The translations under genes were made by a program, and so were the position numbers. Positions 23,646-37,788 of a stretch of 64,000 nt of DNA are shown piece after piece. Origin of the DNA: Ascidiella aspersa (taxonomy: Eukaryota); assembly GCA_963924565.1 (NCBI GenBank), contig OZ004609.1, positions 29,698,001 to 29,762,000 on the forward strand, given 5' to 3'. Numbering within the stretch: the stretch's first letter is position 1; every line of letters starts with the position of its first letter. The notes beneath the pieces were generated by a model, which saw only the letters and a program-made list of their open reading frames with translations, was not told where the DNA came from and searched no databases.

Positions 23646-25860
23646 CGTAAAAGATTTATTTTTACGGAGTTTTTCTTAGATCTTTCGTGCCTTGAACATT
23701 ATAGGCAAGGATGGCTTTCTTATATTATATAAAAATACGGTGTAGGCTATACGAGGCATTTCTAAAGATACAGACTTATATTGAAAAAATGCTTAGTGAC
23801 TGCAAAATTACTTGTTAACCATCTTTTGGGCAGGGGGAATCTAAAGAATTTACACTTCCAGGTTTAACGTTTATTAAAGTACGCCATATTTTTGATTTAC
23901 ATCGATAATTCTCAAGTACTTGTCGTGTTCAGCACCATTCTATCCTGAGTTATAAACCGCGTTCTATAGGTTCATCCAATGTAATTTACGCATTTCGCAC
24001 ATCATGTTATGTTACAGGATATTACGTTTAGTTTCATCTCGAGCTGAACATGTAGTTTAGAAGGTTCACATGATTTTAAAATAATACACGATTTTATCTG
24101 AAACATATTAACTTATGCGAAGAAGAAAAATCTTCGATGTATTTTGTTATCAAGATTAAAATTGTAAATTTTCATTGGTTGGTTGATAGAAGTTACTGAT
24201 ACACTAACCACCATTTTTCAACCAGGTGGGCGTTGAAAAAAGTTATGGTTTTTCAATTCGTTCAAATTCGGCCCGGTATTAACTCATTTGTTTACTGTCG
24301 CTTTCGTATCCGTAATCGAAGTCTCTGTTATTAGAATTAGTTTAAGTAAACAATTGTATATTTTACCAGCATTTTTTATTTACCGAGATATTCATGTGAC
24401 ATTACTTAATTACCAAAATAAAGTTTTGGTTTTCATTTCTCGACCAATAGTTAATAGAAGTGAACATACTTATAAAGACTGAATGAAAAGGTTGTAACTC
24501 TACCCTAAAAAAATGTAGGCTAATATTTATTTTATCTTATCATGTTATGACATGACAGCTTTTCGTGGAGCCCCACTTAGCCTTACATACCTATCACGAA
24601 ATTCATGAATAAACTCCCTGATAAATCGCATGATTTGCATACGTCAGTTTCAGGATATTTTTAACAGCGTATTTATATTTGGAAGTTCCAAACAAAATTG
24701 GGGTTTGTGGTCCCATCTTAAAATATCAGCGTCTGGGGCGTTGTTTGTGTGTAACTAACTTATAATTACGTTATGATGATAAAACTCGGCCAATGACCAA
24801 TAATGCTGTAAATTTTTAGTCATTATTATCATAGGGTCATAGCGTATTGTCCGACATTGAACAAGCACTAAACTAACGAAAATCTTGGTGCTTACGAGAG
24901 GATTTTATTTCAGGTTTATTTCGCTTATAAAGTACATTTCGCTCAAAAGAACAAATATACCTTGATTTGCAAGACGCTAATTCGTTTTTTTTCCGATTTT
25001 GTCTGCTGCTAAAATGATTAAGCGACGTTTCATGTCGGTTTGTTCGAAATGATTTAAGTGCGTCAGCTCTACACGCAACTTTAACTGGTAATGATCACAA
25101 GGTCATTGCTGACTTGTCAATTAACCAACGTATTTCGCTGAATCTTTTATTGCTAACATATTTTAATATGCTATATCTGTACGACACGTAATCGATGCAT
25201 TAGCGATCAAAAAGCATTATTTTCATTTTTTATAAGCATAAACAAGTCTTCATGTTACACACCTAGTTTGTGTTTTATGAAGCCACTGCTTTTTAACTTA
25301 AGTGGGGTAAAGTCAAAAAGTCAAGTATACCAAAGAAAAATAACAAAAGTTGAATGAATTCGAAATTTATGCACATAAATAATTCGTTCAAAGATATATT
25401 CGCATTTAGCTGCTGTGAGTTGAACAAAGTTTTTCACAAAGCAAATTCAAAGCAGGCCTCTAAGTATTTTAGTCTATTGTCTGTATAATTAATCGTTTTG
25501 ATGTTAAAATTTAAAGCTGTTTTTCATATTACTTAGAATCAATCATGTAACGTAACTGAAAGAACGACATTTAAGATCTTTTTATAGTTATTGTTCGTTT
25601 TTTGGAAAGAATACATAACGACAGCCAGTGACGAATCTAACGAATTGTGGGTATAACTCATACGAAATAGCGTCCTACAACAATAGCTAATTTAAACATT
25701 TTTCTGAAGCTGTTTTCTGTCAATTTCCAGAATTTGTTTTTCTGTCAATTTCCAGAGTTTGCGCACTCTTGTAATCTATTTATGGGAGTTTCTGGACTCC
25801 ACTGCTTGAAAGCATTACTTCTAGCCTAAAGGCAAATTAACACTAAAACCACACAATTAC

Positions 25861-26109
25861 CGAGGTCCTTGATTTTATCCCAATGATGTCGCGTCCACTC
25901 CTGCCCGATGCTCTGCCTCCCGGAGGCTCGCGACTGGCTTCCGCTGATGCGTGGAGCGTTGAGCGCCTCCTCGGCGAGGTTGCTCTCGCGCAGAGGGATG
26001 TTGTGCATCTCGCTCACGGAGGAGGAAGTCCGGGAGAGAAAGGACACACTCCCGGAGGAAGATGTGCGCGAATGACGGCTCTCGCTCCTCGAAACCATCC
26101 GGTGCGCAT
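25861..26109 (-). CDS. Orphan two-TM protein, middle coding exon (Ser/Arg-rich)
   Basis: Strong acceptor tctctctcttcag at 26110, donor GTAATT at 25860; 249 nt, phase 1-1; GC-rich island in an AT-rich intron. Confidence 0.82.
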
Positions 26110-28942
26110 CTGAAGAGAGAGAGAAAGAGTTGAATGATTAGTGTTTTATAAGCTATGAAAAAGGGCTACAGAAAAATCAAAGATTGGGATAAAAGATGAA
26201 AGAAAGTGGTTCTGGTCGAAATTTTCTTTTGTGTGTAGGATTGGATCTCTATACGCATGAATATTAGGCAGATAAGTCTTCGAACAAACTAAATCAATGT
26301 TTTCACGGCACGCGTAAAAATTGTCAAGAGAGTTATGAATGTTGAGTGTTTTATAAGCTATGAATTTTTATCGTCAAAATCCCTTAGGGCCTCTAATTGC
26401 AAATATTTTGTAGAACACCACATTTTCTTGACTTACTCTGATTCCAAACTTCCATTGCACCGCCAACCAGGATCATTCGTTAATTCGCATTAAAAGCTAC
26501 GGCCAAGAGATAAGCAGCGAGTTCAGTATGTAAATTTTCAGAAAGCTCGCAGACCCCTGTAACCATTTTACGGCCAATTGTGGGTTCATGTGCCCCTGGT
26601 TGGGAATCCCTGTCCCTAATCTCATGTGTACACCACCATAAACTTGTTTTTTCGTTATGTTTTGTTTCAAAACCTTTTTCTATAAAAATAAAATTATCTG
26701 TTACTAATGCACTGGTTTAGTGGGATCCGTTATTGGATAAACTCTTAAATCTTATAAAACTATTCGTGTTTGTCTTTTTTTAAAGGGCTTAGTAACATGT
26801 TAATCCTTTTAGTTCCAACCGGTTTGACTTTTCAACGGAAACACGTCATAGCATAACGCTACTAAAAACAATTACGTCACAACAAAACGACTCTTACAAA
26901 CAGACTGTAAGTTTACCGAATTAAATCGTACGCCACTAAAGAGATTTACCAGATCAGTGCAAGGTACCAAATCAAACAAGACAATTCTTTCACCAAAAAG
27001 TACTAACAATAGCTAGGCCTACTGAGATTTTTATTCAAAGTCAACCAATTTTTATTTATGTACGATATAAAAAGCCATCATCGAGAAACATGACATTTCT
27101 TATTCTTTAAAATTCCATATTTTACTTAACTGCTGGAGACCAAACGCAAGTGCTTTTTAAAACTTGCACTACAAAAGTATTTATCCACAGAAACAAGAGC
27201 AGTTATGCTTTCGATATCTGCAGCCGAGCGCTTACAATGTAAATGAGGCGCAGCTCTGCTGGTCAAAAATAAATGCCAAACTAACCCATCTGGGTCGTCG
27301 CCAATTGCTCGCGCTCTCTTGTAATTATAACTTTCCATTTTGTCAATAAAAGGAGCTAGCTTTCATTGAATTCCAGCCTTTATTAATACCATCCTTATCT
27401 ATAACGAGTCTAGGGTAATATAACGGCAATTTGAAACAAAATATCGTCCTAAAAAGATTATTCTAACGAATCACTTTTTCCTTGATGTATATTAGACCCC
27501 TTGGCCGAATGTATCCGTGCATAACCTTCTTTGGCAATAGGCTAGACGCGCAGAATAAACAAATTGGCAAAACTGGTATAAGGAGCACTGCTCTATATAA
27601 TTTAAACATGCTGTAATTTCTCAACGACAGCCCCAAATTCCAAATATAACCGTTATTTTTGTATTTATGAAAAAAAAATTATGGATTTTTCGTCCTATAA
27701 AACACATAAAAACAGTAAATTACTTTCAACTCAAATTTGCAGTGCTACTAACCCAGTCCAATTGCTTTCAAACGATCAAAACAAATTAAACACCCAAAAA
27801 CATAAAGTTAAAAAAAAAATTTCAAACCAAAGTTAAAAAAAGTTCAAACCAAACTTACTTATTGTCTTACACTATTCCTTTTAAATAAGCGGTTCGCCTA
27901 TTACTTTATGTCAGATATGTGGCGTTGAATAATAATATTAATAAGAATGGATGCTGCTTGGTTTAAATGACAGCATAATCACACCTCTTTAATTATACAT
28001 TTCTATACGGACTATATTAAACAAAACCAATTAATTTATAAAAACAAAAGCATGTGGTTTCTTTCTGCAATCAACAACGAGTATACCTTGTTGCAACCAA
28101 TTGAAATTTAATTACAGGAAGTATGCGCATTATGATGGAGATTTGTAAATGCTGTTTCATATTCACAAGAACATGACCTAGTCATACAGTTTTATATATC
28201 TTTTTTACAAATTTATTGTTCTGAAAGGTTTTCTTTTTATATAGTTTAAATGATTTTATACGGCTCCGCAAAGGCTCTTGAGGTAATATTGATACGTGTG
28301 CCGTTGTTGACACAGTCATATATTGTGCATGAGTGTTTTAGTTTCCGCTGTAATTTCGAGCGTTAACCACACAACAAAACCATAATAGTACAACCGAAGT
28401 TGTTTCGTACAACAATTGTCAGTGAAGGTTACTATAAGTCATGGGTCGGGAACCTTTTACCTAAAGGAGCCATAAAAGCGGAATACTTTTGGTAGTACTT
28501 TGATAAGAGACATATAAACATGTTTTAACATCTAGTTTATGCTGAAACAAAATGATGAGTTAAATAGGGCTGTTTGTTCTGTTCTTATTTAAAAGACAGA
28601 GCATATTAAGCGCGAAAAAGTGCATTAGTTAAGTTTACGAAACTTTAATTACAGAGTGCCATGATACCAACATGACGTTTGGAACAATAAGAGATTCAAA
28701 CGGACTAACAACAACCAATAGACAAATAGGATTCACGCAAAGCTCGTATTAAAAAATAAAAAGTATAGTTTGGAAAGTGGCCATATAGCCACGTGCAGTT
28801 TTATTCACATCATGCTAGAATGATAGCTTAGCCTTATCTGCGGACAAAATTGTCTCATTTTAAGAGCCATATGGCGTCACCAAAATAGCCTCTAAGTTAA
28901 CTAATCACGCTACTAAATACGAGCACACACTTAGCAGCCCAC

Positions 28943-29402
28943 CTGGAATGCTGGTGACCGAAACCCGGTAGCCGATTCTGCTTGAACTGCTGGCTGGCAG
29001 GAACACCTCGTTGCTAACGTATTCCTGCGAGGTGCTGGTTCGCGTGGCGAACTGCAACGGCGAGTTGGCAGAGTGTGGCCTCCTACCAGAAGGCCCGACT
29101 CCGACTATGGGCGACGGTGCCCGACGGACGTAGTTCCTGCCTTCGCCCCTATCCAGCCTGTGTCCGCCCACAGGGGTGTGACGTGCGCTGGGGGCACGAC
29201 CGCTCCTGTACTTTACTTCGTACACTCTCTCAGTCGTCTGCTGATGCGGACTTCCCCCTTCTGGGAGCGAGGCGATCGAGTCTCGCAGCAGCCTGGTTTG
29301 TGACGTAGATGAAGTCGGAGAATCTGCCGAACTCTCGGCCCTAATTTCGCCCGCAAAGAAGTGCTCCCGTTCTTCGCGACGGCCATTTGCGTTTGCATCC
29401 AT
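28943..29402 (-). CDS. Orphan two-TM protein, first coding exon (MDANANGRREE…; predicted disordered)
   Basis: ATG at 29402, donor CAG|GTGGGC at 28942 (460 nt, phase 1), upstream acceptor ttgtttcgacag at 29527. The three exons sum to 1239 nt = 412 aa + stop. Confidence 0.75.
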
Positions 29403-30612
29403 AATACTGTTTGCTTTAATCTGGATTGCCGTTGTGCAGATTTGCGGTATCGTAGGTTCCTGTTGTACAGCTTTACAGTATCGTGGGTTATGTCGCCATG
29501 CTTAATTGTTTATGGACACGCTTCACCTGTCGAAACAAGTAACAGGCTTAGTCTGTTCTACAACATGTTTATTACTGGCTACGTAAGTAGACAATTTGAA
29601 TATGGCAAACAGACTACATTAAAATATTTTACAAATTGACCTTTTTGACGTCTTACAAACGTAAAAGTTTCAAATAACACAGTGTCACTAAATAACGAAT
29701 GAAGTTAAAATACATGTGAAAAGTTGTCAGATGCAATAAGGCCCTACTAACCAAGTTTTGATGAACTTTTAAACTGAATGTCATGACGCTAATTGTTACA
29801 GTTCTTACTCAATAGTTATTAAACTTCACGTTGTTGAACGATAAATAAGCAAGTTAATAAAGTTCGACAATTTATATCCCGTCGGTGTGATCGCCAGTCC
29901 AGTTATCCGGCCCTTCACGGAGAAAAAGTTTGATAACGCCTAAAATAACACATTTAAATAGTATTAGTGTCATAAACAAGTTGATAAAAAATACTTTCAA
30001 ATAGCCTTGCCTCCTCAAATTAATTTTAAGCAAATCGGTCCAAGATACGATCACTTTACAACTAAATATATTGACATCGACTGTACCAAACAATTAAGTA
30101 TTAAACCATTCTGTCTAAATTTACTAAAGCTAGCTTAATATTTCAACAATTAAATAACATTTAAAATCAAGAAAATTGTAAAAGACGTAAAACGTAGTAA
30201 AACACTCGCCAATATCGTATATTGATACCACCAATAATAACAAATCAGCAGTGTATATTAGTATACAGCCTTCTGAACCTATAGCTGCTGTACCAGTTTA
30301 AGCTGTCACAGCCTACGTCCACTTCCAGTCGTTCTATGTAGTTACACAAGAGAAGCAAATGCTGATTAACTCTGACGATCTCTGATTTTATTAAACGTGC
30401 TGGGCGCACAAAGCTGTACGGGCCAATTCGTGAAAGACATTATTTCAGTTTGACATTAAACGTAGACCTATTACTTTGTAGTGTTTAAGGAAGCAAACGG
30501 GCATATAAATTTCAAGTTGTCCACAAATACAAGATATTACCAATCACTGAGACTTAAATACTATATTGACAAACTAAACAAGACACATTTCACCAATTAA
30601 CTAATCAACAGG

Positions 30613-31173
30613 TAGGGTTGCCAACCGTCCTTTATTACAAAGGACAGTCCTTTATTTTCCTTTTTTGTCCTTGTCCTTTTTGACATTCATAAAGGACGCC
30701 AAATGTCCTTTATTTTGATCTTTTGTACTAGATTTCATTCAAAAACGTTATTATTTAGAATATCTATTAAAAATCAAGAGCATGTATCATGTATGTGAAA
30801 ATGCCTTACTAGCTACCGAAGCAAATGAAATCGTTACTAAAGCGTAAAACAAGATTCTGTGCTACTTAAGACAGCAAAATCTCAGAAAAAATATAATTTA
30901 AAAAAATAATAGTTACAAATATACTACGAAAAAATGAACATTCTATAATGTATTTCTTATTTGTGTTATTTCATGCATGTCATAAACTCATAATTACCAT
31001 TTTTGAAATTGTTGAAAAGGAAAATACGTGTTTTTGTTACTTTTAAGTTATGTAACGCAACCATAATGGTTATGTTTAAATATTTTGTTAAAAAGGATAT
31101 ATATATATATATATAAAACATATGCATATTATTTTTTGTCCTTTATTTTCCATTGACAAAATTGGCAACCCTA
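30613..31173. mobile_element. hAT (Blackjack-like) MITE
   Basis: TIRs tagggttgccaa / ttggcaacccta; perfect TSD tcaacagg; GTCCTTTATT subterminal repeats. Confidence 0.92.
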
Positions 31174-33436
31174 TCAACAGGTGCGTTAATCAATAACGTT
31201 GGAAACATTTCTACGGTAAAAAGTCAATGTGGTTTGTATTTTACGAAAATGCTTTGTTTACCCAACTCTTTTAGTTTTTAAATTACTTTTTTGAAAGAGA
31301 GAGAGAGACAAAATTAGACTTAAAACAAAGATGACATACATGTCGCTGATATACTTTAATATGAATTGTTGCAACTCGCAGCATTTGAATTTAGGCCCAA
31401 GTCAATTTACATTTTGGTCAGCGTTAAAGACACAAATAATAATAAACAACATCTGTCATATTGTATGTCAAGGTAGACAGGTCCAATCTACCTATATAGA
31501 ACAAACCTATAGGTGGTGGATCCATTTCCAATAGTCTCCAACAAATGATAAAGAATAGCCTAAATTCAACAGTGTTCGGAAACAGTGTTAGGTTAAACAT
31601 AACGGTCTTGTTCGACAGGGTTTTACAGATAAGCCGATAGCCTTAAAACTTAACTTGAATTGGGATGAAGTCTATAATTTCTGTTTTCTGTCACTCTGTA
31701 CTTCTGACCGATGAAACAATCTACTAACTTAATGAAGCTTTCTCCTTTTTCGTCCTTGCCTGTTCGTATTATATATAGAAGCCTCTTCCCGTCGTAAAAC
31801 GCGCCTTGCGAACTAGCAGGTGTCATACGCTTTTTTCTACATTATTATAGAGCTTTATAAAGAAAGTTCTGCGTGGCAGCAAAACAAGTTGACCAACGTC
31901 TTCCAAAGCGTTCTCATTACTGTTATTTGCAATATAGGTTCATGTTTATTCAATAGCTCATTTCAAGCAGTTTTTAAGTAAGGTAGGGTTAGCATAGTTT
32001 AACATTAAAGGAAACTGACTTATGTTTATGTGTTTTTTAATGTATCCCATAGTTCAAGGGTGGCTAAACAGTCGCTCGCGAGACGCATGCGGCTCAATAT
32101 TAAGTTTTATGCGGTTCTTACGTTTCAGGTTGTATTTCAGTTTTTTAGGATGTTCAGTGTCAACTTTCGTGTGCTTTATTGCTTGCCTATCTTAACTTAT
32201 TAAATGCGAAACTCGTTGCCTTTTCAATATGTCTTTGCCCGTTTGAGAAATTTTATCAGTATAAACATGATGTGCGTCGTATGACAGTTTGCCTAAACCT
32301 CACTACAGGCTAGTTGTTTTTCTAGCCTGTCCTGCTTGCATCATTGATCGACAGATTTGGTGGGTCTGCGATGGCTTTCTCTGTAATTTGCGTAAAAGGT
32401 TAAGAATTTTGTCGCCTTGCCCTTTAATGATTCTGCTTGATTTCCGTTGCATATTTGCGCACGAGACTTACTTAATGGCATCACGTTTTTACCGTGCCCC
32501 CTCAAACAAATATAAGGGACCCAACCCTGCTTAAATCCTACTCCTGTTAAACGAAAAATCACCAAAATGACTTCACGAAATATTGTTAGTGTACAACATC
32601 AATGATAAATCTAGCTGAGCAAAGGCATACGTGGAAGTGAGCAAAAAGGTTTCTTGTACTGAAGGGTATAGTTTATTGGAACTAGAACATCATATGAAAG
32701 TTAGCCAAAACATGGCAACGAGATACCTTCTATTTTAGATTAGGCAGTGTTGTAAACAAGTCATTTTGCGTAAATTACTTTAGTCAGGTCAAGCAAAAAA
32801 CAAACCAAAAAACAGTGCCTTAAATGCAGTTAAGTTGTTCGTTGTTAAAAAATGTTAAAGACCGCTATTGTGCAGCGTATATAGAGCAAAACACACAATC
32901 TACCTCAACCTATCAGATTCGATCTTCACACTAAGATTTATTTTCCTCCTTTAACATTAAGGTGCTTGTAAACATATATGCACCAGACCTTTTTACTTTG
33001 GAGCCAAAAAAATCAAGTTTAACTAATCAATAAAAGATCAACATTACTGTTTTTTTAAAGTTGGATAGCTAAGCCGCTACACGATAATAGTATTTGGAAT
33101 ATTTTGAACGAGCGGTTCTAAAACGTTTTCACCTGTCAGACCTTACTTTCTTGCAACGAATGGAGGAACCTATCAGATTTTTCAAACGCGAAATATTTAA
33201 TTAATATCAGTACTTAATTACGCTAACATTCTATGAAAACTATAACAATAAAACGAATTGCTGTAAACAAAGTGTCAAAGTGTTTGTTATATCAATAAAT
33301 CTCAAACGAAAGAATGCTCTCCAGCTAATATAATTTACCAGTCAACGAATTTAAAGATGTCAACGAATTTTTTCTTGGTGACTTGGTGACCTCCAGGGGT
33401 CCCCATTGTTTAACACCCATTGATTTAAAACTTTTA

Positions 33437-33713
33437 AGTGATTCTTAACCTTTTATGGCTTACGGCACCCCTCAAAAATAATAAATAGATTTTCGGTACT
33501 CTGACTGGAATTTTCGTGGAGTATTTTATTGCATTGTTACTATAAATGGAACTGGAACAACACAATAAACTAAAAACATTGAGGAAAATGTCATTTGACA
33601 TATTACCAAATGAGCAAAAATCAGATTCTTAAAATTCTCACACACCTATCGGCACCTTTGAGCATGAGAAATGGCACATCAGGACGCCGCGGCACCCCGG
33701 TTGAGAACCACTG
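33437..33713. mobile_element. hAT (Charlie-like) MITE, copy A of an inverted pair
   Basis: agtgattcttaacc … ggttgagaaccactg termini; reverse complement of 33921-34228. Confidence 0.85.
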
Positions 33714-33920
33714 CTTTAAACCTTGGAAGGCAACACACGACAGTCCTATTGCAACAATGAGAGGTCAGGAAACTTCCGACAAACGGACAACCGACGTCAC
33801 TTCGTATACCTGCTTCCTCGTCAGACCTTGCAACAAACGTGTGACGTCACTCCCGAAAACTGATCATTGCCTAGATTGAGCAGGACTCCAATAACCTTTA
33901 TTATGTTAAAGCGTCTAATG

Positions 33921-34228
33921 CAGCTGTTCTCAACCGGGGTGCCGCGGCGCCCTGTATGCCATTTCTCATGCTTAAGGGTGCCGATAAGTATTTGAGAATT
34001 TTTAAGAATCTGATTTTTACTGAGTTGGTAAGCATCTTGATACAACTATTTGTGTACGATTAGATACAATTATATAAGATGACATTTTCGTACAAGTTGT
34101 AAGTTGATTCCAGTTCCATTTATAGTGACACTTTCAGCAAAATACTTAACGAAAAGTCAAGTCGGGTGCCGAAAATTTACTTATTATTTTTTAGGGGTGG
34201 CGTAAGCCATAAAAGGTTAAGAATCACT
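33921..34228. mobile_element. hAT (Charlie-like) MITE, copy B of an inverted pair
   Basis: cagctgttctcaacc … ggttaagaatcact termini; same family as copy A, opposite orientation. Confidence 0.85.
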
Positions 34229-34978
34229 AGCCCTATGTCTATGCATTTTTTGACATATTTCACAACTGTATTATTATACTGTATAAAGACGAGAAGCAAA
34301 ACAACAAACGTATTCAGCCCATTCGATTGAAATACCAACGCAGTAAAACGCATCAGTGCAACGTAATCTGTCCGTATTTTTCTGGTTCTAAAACCTTTGT
34401 ACCTGCCAGACTTATTTTAATTTCTTAAAAAAATGGTCGATCATATAAATTTTAAATAAAAATAACTCAATAACAAATTAATAGTTACTCCATTATTGAA
34501 AATCCAAACTACAACAGAATACAAACGTATACTTTATCTACACAAGCGCTGTCAAATTTATTATCATTGAAACTCAATAAGAGAATATAAATTACAGTCG
34601 ATCAACTTCCCTGAAACTTTATGGCGGGCGCACAGGTGTCCGCGTACTCAAGTTTTAAGGCCACTGTTTTTCTTAATGTTATCTTTAAATTATATAGGCA
34701 ATTTAAACCCCATTTATTTTTTCAATAAACGCTAATAGGTAGCTTTAAAACCAATAAACCTTAACGGCAATCATTAGCTTTTACGACTAAGAAAGAAGTT
34801 GTGACAGTCCTGCTTTACTATTTTAATCATTTTTAGCCAATCATTGTTCAACGTCGCGATTTCATATTAAAATTGCTTACGACTATATTACCAACAAGCC
34901 ATATTTATATTATTTTCCCCCTGTAAGCATTTCAAAATTAAACACATATTTTTGAAAAAAATATATCATTTAACTCAC

Positions 34979-35660
34979 TTCCCGTTTCTTCGATTAGTTT
35001 TTCCCCTACAAATGCACACATTGTTGCAAAAGCACATATCGCTACAAGCAAAACGAAAAGAGATTTATCTCTACTCATTAATCCACGGTGTACAATAAAC
35101 AAATTTAAAAAGCCTGACAGAAAGGCAACGGCAGCAATAACGACCTAGAGGCCAAGCAAATACGAAAACAATAAAAAACAAAACAAAGCATACCGGATTC
35201 ATCAATAACGCCGGCAAACACAAACAAACACTTCTCTCCGACACCCCTTGCTCTTTCTCGTTCTCTCTGAAATCCCGGCTAATTGCGCCTCGTGTGTGGT
35301 TCGACACACTCAGTGCTAAACAAGTGCTCTTTGTTTATCTTCCGTCGAGCTTCTGATGCTCTTCTGCCTGGCTGCATGACGTATGACATCACGCTGCATC
35401 GCGTCGTTTCCTGTTCGCATGCGCAATGTTTTGCTATTAATCACGCCCGCCGTCCTGTACAGCAGGGCCCCGTACAGGCAAATAACAATTTAACGTAGTG
35501 CGATATGGGCCCATGTAATTAGCGCACCGCACGCGCTGTCCGTTTGCGACGGCTCACCGCTTTATTTGCTGATTGCTGCTGGGTGCTGGTCACTGCCTGC
35601 TGTCGTGACGCTGCGAGGTGGCTTCACGCGACATTAGACACAACGTGACGACGCGAATAA
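34979..35660 (-). promoter_or_regulatory. Candidate promoter and non-coding first exon of the two-TM gene
   Basis: Minus-strand GTGAGT donor at 34978 next to a CpG-rich block (about 35270-35660) with TGACG half-sites. Confidence 0.4.
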
Positions 35661-37788
35661 ATCCTCCGTTTTCGTTTCCCCGCCGCTTTGTGATTTTTGA
35701 ACGCCTTGACCTGTATGGTGAACCGTTGAATGTGGCATGCCAAGTGCAAAATAAAGCGGGATTGCAAAGAAATTGGTACCCTTTTTTCTCGTGGGCATTT
35801 ATTGCTTTGTTTAATGTAATTTTTGGCGTGGTGATCCTTGAAAGGGGCTACGTCAAAACGTGCATTATAAATCTGTATTTTGCCGTTAGAGATATTGCCT
35901 TTTGATCATCATGACATACACAAAAACGAGTTTGGTTTACACTAATTACAAAATCTATTTGCTACATGTAGCCTATACTCTGCACATATAATAATAACGT
36001 GTACTATTTTTAAACACTGGTATTTTAATATTGAAAATTCCAAACAATTTTGGACCTTAATCAGTGTAGTTTTGGTTTGGTTTATATCAATTTTAATTTC
36101 GATAATACTGCTTTTGGTATTGAATATGAAAAACCACTTGTCAAATGTATCGGATATTATATTACAGCAATAAAAAGTTGCCACACAAACCCATACTCTC
36201 GTCGATATGGCCTACTTATACGATATACAGAAATAGTTTTATAAAGCCCATTACCCGGGACGCATGATATTACCTGAATAACGTCGCAAGCATACTAACC
36301 TGAATAAAAAACAGCTGGTGATTTTATACATCTTGTTATTTTCAGAGCATTCTTCCTCCTCTATTCGTACGTATAGCGATTTTTTTCCATACAAATACCT
36401 GATATGTGTAAAAAATTTTATGCTAAGGTAATGCTTTCCAGGTCGTTCGAAAAAATGTGCATTAGCGTTTATGATAAGCTTTAGTTAATTCAAAAGGTAT
36501 TTACTCTTTCTGTAAAGTTTCATCTCCAAGCTTGACAATCCCAAATCAAAAGGTAAACCATGGCTGAAATGCACATATTTATTTGGTGGAATCGGCATGT
36601 ATACAGTAGGAATGCGAACGCTTAACATCAGTATCGTCTGTGATTCTACGTTATGCTTTATTCCCACCCGAAGCACCCAGCAAACGCATTATGAATGTAC
36701 AGGACTGCTGTTTAACGAGGTTGGGATCGTCGCACGCATTGTGACCGCACAAAGGATCAGGCCTGCGCGCGCACCGGAAGCTGTCACTTCAAGATGTCAA
36801 AAGGCGCCGGATGAAGCCTGTCCCTAAATACAGGCTCCATGCAACGGTGAAACGCTACATTAAGCTGTACAACCTGTTTCATCATTAGGCTATGTCGAAT
36901 GTTTTTTTTTCGATTTGAAAAACACACCCTAACCAGAAAATAGTTTTCAAAGTTTCTTGGTGGATTTAAATCGAACAACTTAAGCAATAAACATATTGTG
37001 AGGCTTTGCGTCTTTAAAACGGATGTAGTTAAAGCCTCCACATACACGAGAATGTCGTATTAATACAAAACTTCCAAACATTACAAAACTGTTAAACTTT
37101 AATGCAGAGGTTCTTTAGACGTAACGCTTTAACAGTCTAGCATGCTAATAAATTTTTTCCGTGATAATTTTTTTAAGGGCAGATTTATTTGACTTCAAGT
37201 GTATTGAACTATTGGTATTTTATTGGTTATACATTGGTAATATACTGTGTTGGTTCAACACTGGGGAAAAATGTTTTAAATGTTTCGAATTCAGATAAGT
37301 TTAGTATTTTTAGTTAATGCCGTGTTATGTGTTTCTCCCGATTTATATCGTCTTTGCAAATGGCCGTTGTACCGCAGGTAACACATCGGTAACTTAAAAC
37401 CTCAAAAAGCAGAAAAAATATTTTAATCTTAACTTTTGGGTCAACACAACTTGATAAACGCCAATATATCAAGCAATGTACATTTTTTATCTGTGCTCCA
37501 TGCGTCACGTTTCCTGTAAATTTAAATTAAAGTTGCATTTTAAAACAAATGCCTATAGTCGCAATTTTGTCAACAACGCCCCATGGCCTTCAAATTCGAC
37601 TTAAATCGCATATTTGCGCACACCTCCAAACGTAATAACAAGTTCATTGGCTCATTTATTTTATACCGTCAGAGTATGACGTCATTGCATGTATTTGAGA
37701 TCCTATTGTGAACCCGGTCCGCCACAACAGTTTAAGTTTTTCATGCGTCCCGCGGTTAATAAATAATTGCCCACCCCTGGTCTATACC

